Positions 1 to 14,703 of a stretch of 64,000 nt of DNA are shown here, in pieces. Made by a program: the position numbers and the translations under genes. The notes below the pieces were generated by a model. It was not told the DNA's origin and searched no databases. It worked only from the letters and a program-made list of their open reading frames with translations. Each line of letters opens with the position of its first letter. The stretch's first letter is position 1. The stretch comes from Octopus sinensis (taxonomy: Eukaryota), in the NCBI RefSeq assembly GCF_006345805.1, contig NC_042998.1, forward strand, positions 33,852,001 to 33,916,000, in the 5' to 3' direction.

Positions 1-117
1 ATCGAACCACTAGGTTACGAGGAAATAAACACACCAACACCGGTTGTCATGTGGTGGTGGTGGGCAAACGCAGAAACAGATTCTCACACTCATATATATT
101 TATACCTATATATATAT

Positions 118-188
<71 letters not shown>

Positions 189-268
189 GTATAGCGTCGT
201 AAATGTAATCGACTGTTATTTCCAGTAAATATGGTGCTTGTTGTACCACTACTACTCCAAATATAATA

Positions 269-447
269 TTTTTTTTTTCCTCTGTCTCCCCTTCTCTGGA
301 TCTTTCCTTCTCTATGTTCCGACGAAGAGCTCCGCGCTCGAAATGTTATACCCTCCTCTTTCCTTCTTTCTTAGCGCCCAATAATACTATATTTGTTCCA
401 CGTCCTCGCGTTGTGTTTTTTTTTTGTGCTTTCTTGTTTGGATTAAC
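269..447 (+). mobile_element. Penelope-like terminal element, family E, with degenerate hammerhead motif
   Basis: Near-identical to 47271-47474 and to the reverse complement of 4825-5022. Contains ccgacgaagagc-tccgc-gctcgaaatgtt. Confidence 0.7.
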
Positions 448-488
448 TATATATATATATATATATATAATTATATATATAGCTATAT

Positions 489-627
489 TATTAAATTTAA
501 ATGTTGAAGTGAATCTAACGGTTTTGTGTGTTTCTTAAACGGCTTTATAAACACCTTCCACGCTTCAATTGTTTTCGTTCCAGCACAGATCTCAGATCAA
601 GTCACTCGCTAGCAAGTAACATCTCCG
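489..627. mobile_element. Right arm of palindromic MITE (family M1)
   Basis: Matches the right arm of 29875-30216 and ends ...catctccg|ta, the reverse complement of the ta|cggagatg left terminus at 29875. Confidence 0.75.
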
Positions 628-1760
628 TATATATATATATAGATATATATATATATATATAATATAATATATATTATATATATATTATATATATATATAT
701 ATATATCTTATATATACACGATGGACTTCTTTCAATTTCCGTCTACTCAATCCACTCACAAGGCTTTGTTGGCTTGAGGCTATATAGAAGACACTTGCCC
801 AAGGTGCCACGCTATTGAATATTATTACTAAGATAATCATCATTGGATGAGATTTTAACACTCATAACGTGTTTTAACAGGCGTTGCTGTGTGGTAAGTA
901 ATATGATTCTCAATCACATGATTCCGAATTCAGTTCCACCGAATGACTTTGTACTATTTACACAACAGGAATTAACAGGAATAACAAGTAAAAATCATTC
1001 AATAGTTTTGTTTTGATTTTAATAAATGAATAACAGATTAACATTATTTTCTTAAATATTTTCTTTCTATGTAGTTTGCTTTTGATATTGTTTTCCGTTT
1101 CCTTACATCAAAAACAAAACGACAGAGAATTTTTTAGATATACTCGTTCAGTTCATAGACTTTTTTCCAACAACAAACATATGCAGCCCACATGGAAAAA
1201 TAATTAGATGAGTACGCTTGAGAAATATTCCCTAAATGGAATAGATAGAATTAAATGTAAAAATATAGCTAATAAATAATTAAAAAAATATCTGATAAAT
1301 AATTACAAATTTTATCGGAAGGGGAAATATAAAGTAGGTATTTCTATCTGAAAATAACACATCGTTCCCAGAATACAGTTACAGAGAGAAAATTCTTGTC
1401 AGGGACATCTTGTACTACATTTTAACCTCACTAAATAGTTCAGATGACAAAAAATATAATAATACATAAAGAATATATATAAATAAAATTCTCAAAGTTC
1501 CTCTTGTCTGTAAACATGTGCACGTTTATTTAGTTTCAGTGAGCAAAATGTATTTGTGTTCACATGATGAAGGCGGTGCTCTAGCTTGGCCTCAATCCAA
1601 TGACTAACTGGATCTTGTAAAAGAATAATAGAACATGACTCGAACATACTAGTGATGGTATTTTAGGCGGTTGGCGGGGATATCATTTTAGTCATTAATT
1701 CATCGTTGAAAGGACACAATATTAGGCAGGTCGCATGTAAAGGCGACAAGGATATCATTA

Positions 1761-2153
1761 ATCTCTCTATATATATAAAGCTGAAGTTGTGTGTGGCAAG
1801 TTTGGTAGCCTTCAACTAACTCTATCTTCTCCGAGACCCTGCGGCGCAAGTTGACCAAAATTAAAAGTATGATAGAAGAAGACTTGCTCTTCCTTCCGTA
1901 GAAGATAAAATTCAAATCGGACCATATTAACACCAAAAATTATTTACATCAAAAAGGTGCTCTCTTTTCTATGAAAATCCCTATTTTGTACGATTTTTTG
2001 ACTGCTGTGTCGCCATTTTTCGGTGTATTTCAACCAGAAAAATGTTCACTTAAAGAGAATAACAAACTACATAATGCAAAATTTTTACTTTTCAAAAATT
2101 CCAATTCTAAAGGGTAAAAACAAACCCGAGCAACGCCGGGCGATACTGCTAGT
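1761..2153 (-). mobile_element. Non-autonomous Helitron/Helentron-type (HINE/DINE-1-like) element
   Basis: Reverse strand begins actagcagtatcgcccggcgttgctcgggttt (hairpin) and ends ctttatatatatagagagat. Same termini as 5787-6094, 23696-24020 and 41229-41996. Confidence 0.7.
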
Positions 2154-2633
2154 ATTTACTAAAGAGGAGATAACCACTCCGAACTACAGGCATCCCACAA
2201 TCTGGTTAGGTGACGGTGTGAAAGAACTCGGTGTATTTACACCTATTTGTCTACAGCAAGAAACTTTTTCCACGACAAAGTGTTGTGAATGGCTTCCTTA
2301 CGGATTCGAGTGTACCTCAAGCTTATTTGAACTGGTAACAAGTTTGTATTAATATTTGTTTAAGTTGCCGTAATTTTTCTTTCTTTTTTACAACGTGGAA
2401 CATTGGCGTTTAACATAAGTACAACAAATATTTGAATACAATATCGTACGAGAGATAGTGAATGTGAGACTTGCAAGTTTTCATAGCATAAAATACATTA
2501 GTTACTTATAAGGAAATTGCTGAGGATTATTAAAATCAGAATAAGTAGAAAAGGGCGACCACCTAATCTCAAAGCTGAGTAACAGAATTTTGTGCAACAC
2601 CTGATGTTGTTTTTGTAAGAGTTCAATATTCCA

Positions 2634-2908
2634 GAACCACTAAGTTATTAGGACATAAGCAAACATCAACACCGGTTGGTGTGTTTATATCAAGCGGTGG
2701 TGGGGACAAACATTGAGACAAACACACACACACACACTCACACATATAAACGAGGAGCTCTTTTCAGTTTCCGCCTACCAAATCAACTCACAAGACTTTG
2801 AATGGTCCGAAACTATAGTAGAAGACACTTGCTCAAGATTCCACGTAGTGGAACTGAACCCAGAACCATGTGGTTAGGAAACAAACTTCTTACCATAAAG
2901 CTACGCCT
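2634..2908 (-). mobile_element. SINE family A, 3'-truncated
   Basis: tRNA-like head, CORE-like cttgagcaagtgtcttct block and internal (CA)n. Confidence 0.8.
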
Positions 2909-2958
2909 AAGACATCAGAAAGCTGACTTTCAAGTTTACGGTTGTTTGATTCCACAGT

Positions 2959-3192
2959 AAGGGCGGCGAGCTGGCAGAAACGTTAGCACGTCGGGCGAAA
3001 TGCTTAGCGGTATTTCGTCTGCGGTTACGTTCTGAGTTCAAATTCCGCCGAGGTCGACTTTACTTTCATCTTTTCGGGGTCGATAAATTAAGTACCAGTT
3101 ACGCACTGGGGTTGATGTAATCGACTTAATACCTATGTCTGTCCTTGTTTGTCCCCTCCATGTTTAGCCCCTTGTGGGTAATAAAGAAATAG
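2959..3192 (+). mobile_element. SINE family B
   Basis: A-box-like tggcagaaacgttag, B-box-like gagttcaaattcc, central ctttcatc.tttcggggtcgataaattaagtaccag, tail gtgggtaataaagaaatag. Confidence 0.9.
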
Positions 3193-3295
3193 GTTGTTTG
3201 ATTCCCCACAGGCCAAATTTCTCGTAGCTGGGCTAAACTAGAGAGTTAGCTAGTTCGAATCTCAGTTGAAACACCGCTACAAGGTCTAAGTATTA

Positions 3296-3528
3296 TTTTT
3301 TATCTTTTTTTCTTGTTTCAGTCATTTGACTGCGGCTATGCTGGAGCACCGCCTTTAGTCGTGCAAATCGACCCCAGGACTTATTCTTTGTGAGCCTAGT
3401 ACTTATCCTATCGGTCTCTTTTGCCGAACCGCTAGTTACGGGACGTAAACACATCACATCGGTTTTCAAGCAATGATGTGGGAACAAACACGGACACACA
3501 AACACACACACACACACACACACACATA

Positions 3529-3565
<37 letters not shown>

Positions 3566-3735
3566 ATATATACGACGGGCTTCTTTCAGTTTCCGTCTAC
3601 CAAATCCACTCACAAGGCTTTGGTCGGCCCGAGGCTATAGTAGAAGACACCTGCCCAAGGTGCCATGCAGTGGGACTGAACCCTGAACCATATAGTTGGG
3701 AAGCAAGCTACTTACCACACAGCCACTCCTGCGCC
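3296..3735 (-). mobile_element. SINE family A, full length
   Basis: Head ggcgcaggagtggctgtgtggtaag..gggttcagtccc, CORE-like ccttgggcaggtgtcttct, internal (TA)n(TG)n, tail ggcggtgctccagcat..cagtcaaatgactgaaacaag. Confidence 0.9.
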
Positions 3736-3893
3736 TATGTATCTGCTTGAATACATTCTTTTGTCCCAACTCCTATTCACTTGTCTGTGCATCTGATACT
3801 GTTTTAACATGTGCGTGTGTCTACGTATGTGCGTATGTTTCATTGAGTATGTGTAAATAAAAGTAACGTTCTATTAACATTATCTATAAGGAA

Positions 3894-4364
3894 GCACGCC
3901 GTCGGTTACGACGACGAGGGTCCCAGCTGATACATTTTATTTTACTACCCACAAGGGGCTAAACACAGAGAGGACAAGCAAGGACAGACAAACGGATTAA
4001 GTCGATTACATCGACCCCAGTGCATGACTGGTACTTAGGTACTTAATTTATCGACCCCGAAAGGATGAAAGGCAAAGTCGACCTCGGCGGAATTTGAACT
4101 CTGATCCCAGCTGATACAATCAACGGAACAGCCTGCTCGTGAAATTAACGTGCAAGTGGCTGAGTACTCCACAGACACGTGTACCTTTAACGTAGTTCTC
4201 GGGGAGATTTAGCGTGACAGAGTGTGACAGGGCCGGCCCTTTGAAATACAGGTACTACTCATTCTTGCCAGCTCTCTTGCTCAAGGACACAACGCGTTGC
4301 CGGGAATTGAACTCACGACCTTACGATCGTGAACCAAATGCCCCTAACCACTAAGCCACGCGCC
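3894..4364 (-). mobile_element. SINE family C with a family B fragment (3935-4104) inserted
   Basis: C head ggcgcgtggcttagtggttag..gagttcaattccc, gtgtccttgagcaag block, tail cctcgtcgtcgtaaccgacgg. Direct repeat tcccagctgataca at 3921-3934 and 4105-4118 flanks the B insert. Confidence 0.85.
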
Positions 4365-4778
4365 TTCACACACACACACACACACACACATAGTCACAAA
4401 GAGGATATTTAAACCACTTATATGGATATTTATCCAAGATACACTGGTTTAATATATTAAATTTTGAAGAGATTATTCTTCAGTGGATGTATTATATAAA
4501 ATATCATAAAATATCAAACATTTTTATCGGGTTAGAAAACAGAGAGATTTAATGGATCAAATTAATTTATATTCACCTACAATTGTATCATTTCACAAGC
4601 AAAATTAAAACTGCAAAACATATGTAAATATATAATTTTGCATTTTAAATACCTTGTATGGAAAATCATGAGAGAATGCAGAGGTCTGACTGAAGATTGA
4701 AGGCTTCGAATGATTTGTCTGTGTTCCGTGTTCGTCCCTTCCTGTATTTCACGTTCATTATATATAAAAACATTTATT

Positions 4779-4820
<42 letters not shown>

Positions 4821-4824
4821 ATAT

Positions 4825-5022
4825 AGTTAATCCAAACATGAAAGCACAAAAAAACACAACAACGCGAGGACGTGGAACAAATATAGTATTATTGGACGCT
4901 CAGGAAAGAAGGAGGGTTTAACGTTTCGAGCGGAGCTCTTCGTCGGAAACATAGGAGAAGGAAAGATCCAGATAAGGGAAGACAGAGGGAAAAAAATCGC
5001 CAACGGCACACACGCGGTCACA
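4825..5022 (-). mobile_element. Penelope-like terminal element, family E
   Basis: About 200 bp, no ORF, (TA)n on both sides, high identity to 47271-47474, carries a hammerhead motif. Confidence 0.75.
4916..4950 (-). ncRNA. Minimal type-I hammerhead ribozyme motif
   Basis: Reverse strand: gttt|ccgacga|a|gagc-tcc-gctc|gaa|acgt|t|aaac = stem I, CYGANGA core, stem II, GAA, palindromic stem III, GUU site, stem I. Confidence 0.7.
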
Positions 5023-5047
5023 TTTTGAATCATATATATATATTTAT

Positions 5048-5378
5048 ATCTGAGACCCCCTTCGGTCATGAAGGGCCATTGGATTGCACCTAGAAAGTTA
5101 CCTTCCCAGGCACACGTCCATGCAAGGTTGTTTATGGAAGGCCAGTAGTCGCACATGCATGCCAGCCTCCCCTCTTCACACCACTGATGTTATCCAAGGG
5201 AAAGGCAAAGGGGCCGATACAGCTTGGCATCAGTGATGTCGCAACTCATTTCTACAGCTGAGTGAACTGGAGCAACGTGAAATAAAGTGTCTTGCTCAAG
5301 AACACAACACGCAGCCCGGTCTGGGATTCGAACTTACAACCTCACGATCGTAAGCCCGACGCTTTAACTACTGAGCTA
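5048..5378 (-). mobile_element. SINE with C-type head and middle but a different 3' half
   Basis: Shares gtgttcttgagcaagacactttatttcacgttgctccagttcactcagctg with family C, then diverges. Confidence 0.7.
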
Positions 5379-5522
5379 GATATCTTACAATTGGCTTGTC
5401 CCTGGGCTTCTTTGTATTGCTAGGGAGAATTGCTGTGGTGTTGTGCAAGCCGCACTCGCATGGGCATAGCTGACACTTATCTGTCAACGAAACTCGTGCT
5501 TGTCCTCCGAGTTGACAGCCAT

Positions 5523-5566
<44 letters not shown>

Positions 5567-5786
5567 TATGTGTGTGTAAATACGTGCGCACTCTCGCAGC
5601 CCACTGTCCCGAAAAAATAGAGTAGCCAAATTTCCTGCGAGTCTCGGCGACTATTTTAAACAAGACATTACTTGATGTATCACCACATTCCCTTAAAAAG
5701 GCAGGATTGACAAAGCTGGAATGTCATTGCGCTAAGCAATAACTGTTATTAACTTTCCTTCTTCTTAAACCGTTAAAATAAATTAA

Positions 5787-6094
5787 ATCTTAATATATAA
5801 AATTGAAGTTGTGTGTGTGAGACTGTGTCTCCTCCGATTTAGATTCCTAACTACTCCCACATTTTGCGGTGCAGTTTAATCAAAAGCGGGTATCTTATAG
5901 TCGTCACTCATATCAAGCCCTTCTGGATATTAGCGCGCGTCTACGATGAGTCTACGATTTAAAAAAAAAATTACCATAATTTTTCCGCATTTTTAAGGAT
6001 TTTTGCTCGGGTTATAAAAGGGAAGTAACTCTCTAAAATGCTTATATAGTTATTTCCCTTACAAACCCGAGCAACGCCGGGCTATACAGCTAGT
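5787..6094 (-). mobile_element. Non-autonomous Helitron/Helentron-type element
   Basis: Same termini as 1761-2153; internal sequence homologous to 23696-24020. Confidence 0.75.
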
Positions 6095-6724
6095 TAAGAT
6101 ATAGAATCTCTTTGACAAACTAAACATATCGGCTGTAGAATCAGTCTTATGAATAAATTATCGCGTCCGTAGTGAACATTGTACAGTAAAAGAGGAGAAG
6201 TAAGTTAGAGGCACAGTTTCAATTCCTAGTTGAGACTATTTAAATTCATGTTTTTAATCGATTTCAGAAATGTGTGACCTTCCCACTTCTCATTGCTCCC
6301 CTAACATAAAAAGCTTTTCAATTATATATTCTTGTTACTGTTTATTATCAAGTGAATTTTGATTGAATAGACTTATGTTCAAAGGCGTTCCACTCATGAC
6401 CATCCATATTTTGTCAAGCATACATTAAACACATCATTTCTATTTTGAAAGAGGAGGGTTTGGTTTGAAGGATATTTGTTTGCTTTCAGCTGGTTGAGCG
6501 GCTGTATAAGTCTTCGAAGTTAGGCTCGTAAATCTGTGTTGTCAAGGATAATGGTGAGTAGTTCTGAGCAAGAGCACAACTTTCGGCAAACCTATATGAC
6601 GAAGTATTTTCAATTCCTGGTCGAAGCCACTTCGCTACAACTATTCTTTGAAAATAGAAATAATATATTTCTAAATCTCTGAGAGATTTATGCAGAAGCA
6701 GCACGGTAAAGTGATAGCATGTTG

Positions 6725-7053
6725 TCAACTTAATGTGACAGTCCCATGAAAGGGAAGAATGCTACTGTTATTTAGCCCTAGGAAACACCGTTTCCTGTTG
6801 GACTTGACACATTTCCTGTGTCCTTATGTTTTCAAAGTGGAGACAAGCACCTCCACCCAGCTAAGCCAGCATCCAGAGACTAGTTTCAGAGACATTGCTC
6901 ATCATCAGTTTGGAGTAGCATGGCTTGCTAGCTGTCGATGCCTATCTGCCTTTGAAAACATATATATGAGTCAAGTCCAACAGGAAACGGTGTTTCCTAG
7001 GGTTAAATAACAGTAGCATTCCTCCCTTTTATGAGACTGTCACATTAAGTTGA
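6725..7053. mobile_element. MITE with about 85-bp terminal inverted repeats
   Basis: tcaacttaatgtgacagtccca..ggaaacaccgtttcctgttggacttgac is mirrored by gtcaagtccaacaggaaacggtgtttcc..gactgtcacattaagttga. Confidence 0.8.
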
Positions 7054-7535
7054 TAATATACTATCACTTCAAAAATTCTTTATCACTCTGCACCACCGCA
7101 GTGTGTGCGAACGAGATTCTTTTCATACATATTCTGTCACTTCTGGTTCAGACCAGGATTCGAGTTATATCTCCGATGCTTTATTTCAATACATTAATAA
7201 CCCATAAGCAGTCATTTTTCACCATACACACAAACACCTCTATTCAAATGTAACTATTCTTTAGGCCGCGATAACCACTTCAACTGTTTCTTTAGTGCAA
7301 AAACGATTCCAGCCAAACCTGTCACAGTAGCGTGTTTTTCCTTACCTCAAAAAAACAAAAAAAAAACAAACAAAAAAACAATTGTATATGTTCACAAATT
7401 ACCAAAGTATCTAAACCTAGGCGAGTTAGCCGCAAAAACCAATGTTTCTCAAATTAAAACCCTTGCGATATTTGTTCTACACAAAGTTAGCTCTAGCTTT
7501 CTATAGTTGCTGCAATTTTTCTCGTATCTCATCAG

Positions 7536-7582
7536 ATTTGGGGATTGATGAAATTGATGTAGACGCCTCTGATGACAATCCA
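7536..7582 (+). other. Candidate 47-nt internal exon (xDLGIDEIDVDASDDNP)
   Basis: Pyrimidine-rich acceptor ttttctcgtatctcatcag, donor gtaaga, only one open frame, lies in unique sequence. No homology recognised. Confidence 0.3.
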
Positions 7583-7979
7583 GTAAGATTCGAGAATCGA
7601 TTTAGGTTGAATTAGTATTGTTAATAAAGGTATGATACAGGCAACATATACTGCCTTCTCAATTCTGCAGTCAGAAATACTATAAACCACTGATCTGATC
7701 ATGGAAAATTATTGACCAACTCGGTCCTTGTTTATCAAAATGTGAACTAAAATAAATATCTTACAGATAATTTACTAAAAATTTGGCAATGCAACTATAT
7801 GCATGGCACTACTATATGTAAAACAAAACATTCAAATCTGCACATTCACTGATCCCCAAAGACAAGTACACAAACACCTTGTTGATGTTGTTGAAATTCC
7901 AGTGAAGGAGGCTTGGGTCTAGGTTAGAAACCGGCTCATTCTCTGTTGGGAAGAAGTCTTAAAATGAAACCGAATAACA

Positions 7980-8011
7980 TACATACATGCATAGATGCAT
8001 GCATGCATAAT

Positions 8012-8106
<95 letters not shown>

Positions 8107-8293
8107 TACATACATACATACATACATACATACATACACACACACAACACACATAAGACATACATACATACACACACATACATAATACATACATACATAC
8201 ATAATACATACATACATTATGCATGCTGTATACAAGCATACATACACACATACATATATATATAAATACACACACACACACACATATATATAT

Positions 8294-8359
<66 letters not shown>

Positions 8360-8360
8360 T
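7980..8360. repeat. Compound (ACAT)n/(AC)n/(AT)n microsatellite
   Basis: Direct reading. Confidence 0.95.
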
Positions 8361-8565
8361 ATATATATAAATAAAATATTAGGGAATAAATCCATTTACA
8401 GGGAAAAAATGATTGGATTAAATCGATTTATAGTAAAATATTATAAAATATAGAGACCAAAACCAAGACAAGAACGATTGTAGTGGCGTTTTTTTGACTA
8501 TTTATTAAAATTTATGTATTGATTAAGTCTTCCTTTTTGTTTAAAATAGTGGTTTGTCTCTATAA

Positions 8566-8603
<38 letters not shown>

Positions 8604-8814
8604 CATACACACTTGCATTCATAATTCGTACATTACAAGTCCAATCTGTGAGTGGAACAGTAAAAATATGCGAGACATTTCTCAAGTTGGAAATGTGAAT
8701 TTGTCTGTGTTAACTACATCCCAAAGATGGAGCCTTGTATCTTTGTTGGAAATCGGCTCCCTCCTCAGTGGAAGATTTATAATAATAATAATAATAGAAG
8801 AAACTACAACCACA

Positions 8815-8990
8815 CAACATACATACATACATACATACATACATACATACATACATACATACACTTACATATATACACATACACACATTCATACACCCAT
8901 ACATACAAACACACACATACATACATACATACATACATACATACATACATACATACATACATACATACATACATACATACATACATACAC
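8815..8990. repeat. (ACAT)n microsatellite
   Basis: Direct reading. Confidence 0.95.
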
Positions 8991-9449
8991 ACGTAGATCT
9001 GTAGGTACGTACGTATATACAGGCACAATGTGTCCTGTCAACTTAGAAAGGGTTTCGCTTCTAATTGCGTTGCTGTCAAATTAGAGTTTGATGTGATAAT
9101 TTATTACTTCCTAACAGCCTCAGTGTGTCACCGTCGTGTTTGAAGATGAACAAGCTATTCTTAAAATGGTGGTGATTACATTTTCGGTGCATGCTATTTA
9201 GCAATGATGGTCGACCACCGTCATTGAAAAGAACACCGAGTCTGCTATTTAATCAACTTCTCCCAGAACACACGGCTCACGATGCATCTGTGAGAATTTT
9301 CTTTGTAACACTGCAAACATACACACACCCTTTATGTAAACCCATCTGTTGCTTTATCGTCTTATCTTCGTACACATATGTCTATGTATGTATTTATGTA
9401 TACACACACACACACACACATTTATATATAAATATACACACACATACAC

Positions 9450-9585
<136 letters not shown>

Positions 9586-9742
9586 TACGTGTGTGTGTGT
9601 GTTAATGTTCGTTTTTATGTTCAATTAGAATAAAAACAATTTTACATAAATATAATGGGTTATTCTATACTTTTGCAGAGTACAAATTTAGCTTTCTTAA
9701 TCAAAAATATTGACAGGGACTTCGAAGTTTCAGCCAGTATAC

Positions 9743-9773
<31 letters not shown>

Positions 9774-10382
9774 TGTATGTATGTATGTATGCATATATGT
9801 ATATATATATATATATATTAGACAAGAACAGATAACAAAGCCAAGGTTGTGAGGAGTTTTCAGGACATTTATAAGGAAAGAGCTGTAAGACTATATCTCT
9901 TTCCTTATAAATGTCCTGAAAACTCGTCACAGCCTTGGCTTTGCTATCTGTTCTTGCCTAATATATATATATATATGCAGGCTAATATATGACCCACATT
10001 AAACTCGTCTCTCGTATCACGATCGAACCAAGAGTTTAACTATGACCTGTCCTTAGTACTTACTTAACATTACTGCCACTCTTTGAGTCTTCAAGATAAC
10101 AATACCTTTTATATATATGTATATATAGATGGAAACGCAGCTCTCCGTGCGGTTTTCTTTTTGTTTATGAAGTATAGAGATTTGGGATATATTGCAGCCC
10201 ATCTTCAACAGTAGAATATGATTTAAGAGAAACTCAGTTACTGTTTCTAGTTAGTCGAGCGGCCGCTTAGAATCTTTCCATTGTTGACTTGACATAAATG
10301 TAGCTGCTGCTGCTTGACTGAACAAAACTATGATGAAGAGTGTTCGACACTTCTTAGTTTCAATTCTAGCTCTGGCTTTAAT

Positions 10383-10807
10383 CTTTTATATCCTTTATCT
10401 TTGATTTGTCTCAGTCATTTGACCGTGGCCATGCTGGGATACCGCGAAGAATTTTAGTTGAATGAATCGAACCAAGCACTCATTTGTTTTTAAGCGTGTT
10501 ACTTATTCTATCGGTCCCTTTTGCCGACCCACTAACTTACAGGGACATAAGCGCGCCAACACCGGTTGTCAAGCGGTGCTAGGAGACAAATACAAACACG
10601 AAGACACACACACACACAGATATATAGAGATAGATGTGCACACACGAGGGGCTTATTTGAGTTTCAGTCGACCAAATCCACTCACAAGGCTTTGGTCGGC
10701 CCGAAGCTACAGTAAAAGACTCTTGCCCAAGGTGCCAAGCAATGGGACTGAACGCGGAACCATGTGATCAGGAAACAAGCTTCTTATCACAAAGCTACGC
10801 CTGCGCT
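10383..10807 (-). mobile_element. SINE family A, full length, diverged
   Basis: Head, CORE-like block and tail all recognisable. Confidence 0.85.
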
Positions 10808-11499
10808 TATTTCACCATTTATTTGTTTCGTTCATTCTAATAAATTTTAAAGAATTATTTCAATAATTTTTGAAGTAGCCATCTTTTCTGGAAATAACAA
10901 AATGGCTGTGGGGAAGTAGGTGACATCTATTGAGGGAACTTTGCTTTTCATGTGGTTGAATGTAGCTGACGAGATGAACCGAAAACGTGAAAAAACAAGA
11001 GTATTATGCTAAAAAGTTTAATCATGACACGTGATGTGAAATAATTAGGCGCTGGCGTGGCTGTGCTTAATGTGTTCCTTGAGCATGTCTCTTAGTAGTT
11101 GACGATATGTGCATCTCTGATCACAAGCAGAAGTAGTGGGAAGCATCATAGCCATGTGTTGAGAGGGATTCTTTGGGGTTTGAATAACTCACCTCAGGAA
11201 ACATGGGTGTTTCGTTCAACATCCTTAAACAACCCTTATTCAGGGACCTTTTGAGCGGAATGGGCTACTCGACCTGAAGAAAATTCTAACTGGGCCCCAC
11301 CTGCAAGGTCATGCGCTGTTTATCTTGATATGAGATCCCCATGTTGCGCACATATGGTTGTGATGCATGTGCCTGGTGTAGTCTTATCAGACAGGTAGTC
11401 ATGATGAGTATACTGGGCTTCGTATATTTTACCCCAATATCACTTTGATGGCATGCATTGCTCTCTCTCTCTCTTAATGATAATAATAATAATAATAAT

Positions 11500-11840
<341 letters not shown>

Positions 11841-11850
11841 CAAATTTTCG

Positions 11851-12214
11851 CCACAAGGGCAGCTTGGGGGAGGTGGGAATGAGTCGTTTACATCGACCCC
11901 AGTGCATAACTGGCACTTGTTTTATCGACACCCCCGAAAGGATGAAAGGCAAAGTTGACCTCGTAGCGGCAGACGAAATACCTATTTCTTTACGACCCAC
12001 AAGGAGTTAAACACAGAGGGGACAAACAAGGACAGACAAACGGATTAAGTCGATCATATCGACCCCAGTGCGTAACTGATATTTATTTAATCGACCCCGA
12101 AAGGATGAAAGGCAAAGTCGACCTCGGCGGAATTTGAACTCAGAACGTAACGGCAGACGAAATACTGCAACGCATTTCGCCCGGCATGCTAACGCTTCTG
12201 CCAGCTCGCTGCCT

Positions 12215-12215
<1 letters not shown>
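11851..12215 (-). mobile_element. SINE family B, dimeric
   Basis: Full unit plus partial unit joined at the aaagaaatag|gtatttc junction (about 11981). Confidence 0.85.
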
Positions 12216-12280
<65 letters not shown>

Positions 12281-12716
12281 GGCGCAGGAGTGGCTGTGTG
12301 GTAAGTAGCTTGTTTACCAACCACATGGTTCCGGGTTCAGTCCCACTGCGTGGCACCTTGGGCAAGTGTCTTCTACTATAGCCTCGGGCCGACCATAGCC
12401 TTGTGAGTGGATTTGGTAGACGGAAACTGAAAGAAGCCCGTCGTATATATGTATATATATATATATATATGTGTGTGTGTTGTGTGTGTGTGTGTGTGCG
12501 CGCGTGTATGTTTGTGTGGCTGTGTTTGTCCATCTAACATTGCTTGAAAACCGATACTGGTGTGTTTATGTCCCCGTCACTTGGCGATTCGGCAAAAGAG
12601 ACCGATAGAATAAGTACTGGGCTTACAAAGAATAAGTCCCGGGGTCGAGTTGCTCGATTAAAGGCAGTGTGCTCCAGCATGGCCGCAGTCAAATGACTGA
12701 AACAAGTAAAACAGTA
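12281..12716 (+). mobile_element. SINE family A, full length, adjacent to (AAT)n
   Basis: Near-consensus head, body and tail. Confidence 0.9.
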
Positions 12717-13528
12717 ATAATAAATATACAATCAATATAAGATAAAATCACGTGCCGTTTCCTACAGCTGATACAACCCTGACCGGAACGCCTATGAATG
12801 CAAACGATCAAGTACAATTAAATGTGTTATCTGTGATATTTCCTAATAAAACAATAAGGAACACACAGGAATACGTGCATTTATGGCAGACGGGTGTCAC
12901 AGAAAATAACGTTTACCCTAACATTTAAATAATGTGCAAGATTTGCACTTTTTGTATATAGCTGCGCTGATACGCTATAATGCTGACCTATAGAAAAAGA
13001 TAACGTACGCCAAAGTTCTTGGGAATAATGGCAATTTAATGAATAATAGAAGCTTATCGAATATACATACACTGGCATCATTATTATTGCACTCTTAGCC
13101 ACAGATGTTTGATGTTATTTTATTGACTTCAATAACTTTCTATACTGTAACTTTAAAGCCTTAATTTATAAATATTTTTATAAATTTTGAACTCCAAGGT
13201 TAATTCTGCTTAAAAACGATATTCTATTATTGCTGATAAAAACATTTTTGCTTAATATTTATTCCCACTTAAAAGTGCACGTTGTGTTAGAACACAAAAT
13301 ACTGCGGTATTTACTACGAGAGAACCTCTCATGTGGACTCGAAGTGCGCATAAACACGTGGTTATATCGCTATTAATTAGCTTAGTAGAAAATAATTAAT
13401 AATGATATAGACATGAGTGCTTATATACACCACAAGTCCATATGAAAGGTCCTCCCGTAGAAAATAACACAACATTCACTTTCAAGAAGGGATATTTTCT
13501 TTTGGTATTAATACTGCTGTTATTAATT

Positions 13529-14053
<525 letters not shown>

Positions 14054-14338
14054 ATTATTCATGGTTAAATATCCTCCCGAAGGACATGAGGGACCTGCAT
14101 GGGGTGGATGCAGATGTCATCAAAATAAAGCAGGACCTCTTCCTGTCAGGTGTCCCAGATGAACCAACTTTACGGCAGGAGGTGCAGATGAGCGCAGTTG
14201 GATCGAACTCTCTCATGCACCAAATGGCAATTGCTAAAAAGCATTCGTGAAGTAAAATCATGTAGCAACACCGAATGGCAGTGCCCCAGCATGGCCACAG
14301 CTCGTGAGCTGAAACTATCTGAAATGAAATGAAAATGA
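14054..14338 (+). mobile_element. CR1-clade LINE 3' fragment
   Basis: NILPKDMRDLHGVDADVIKIKQDLFLSGVPDEP..SNSL matches the CR1 ORF2 end (N.LP..R....FK..LD.FL..PD.P); 3' UTR hairpin and gaaat repeats follow. Confidence 0.75.
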
Positions 14339-14703
14339 AAAAATTTTAGAACCCTTTAAGATTTGGCTGTAAACACTTTTTAGCATCTGATGTAAAAAAA
14401 AAAAAGAAAAATCCCGGCATTGGGCCTAAAAGATGTTCCCACTTCTTACTTGGCCCCCTTCGCTAACCTCCTCCCGCTCAACTCTTTCTCTCCACCACAC
14501 ACCATTCATTGCATTTGAAATTCCATATTTTTTAATGATTTTATAATGCGATAAACATCGTCCAGAATCTTTGTGACAAAACGCTCAAAACATCTTGTAG
14601 CAGAGAACCACAGAACCATCTTTTGAAATTTACTTATTTTCCATCAACCTTCCATTAGTTCCACACCAAACGAATATTATCGCTAAAAGGTATATTTCGA
14701 TTG

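Larger units (their letters stand above)
1..815 (-). mobile_element. SINE family A copy split by nested insertions (3' half 1-80, 5' half about 718-815)
   Basis: 1-80 matches the 3' body of family A (acaccaacaccggttgtca). 718-815 matches its 5' body (ccgtctac..ccactcacaaggc..gaagacacttgcccaaggtgccacgc). The interval holds microsatellite and other elements. Confidence 0.65.

Noticed and set aside
11048-11460. GC-richer island following a SINE A head fragment
   Set aside because: It is probably another repeat family, but it is single-copy here with no ORF or termini, so it cannot be classified from the window.
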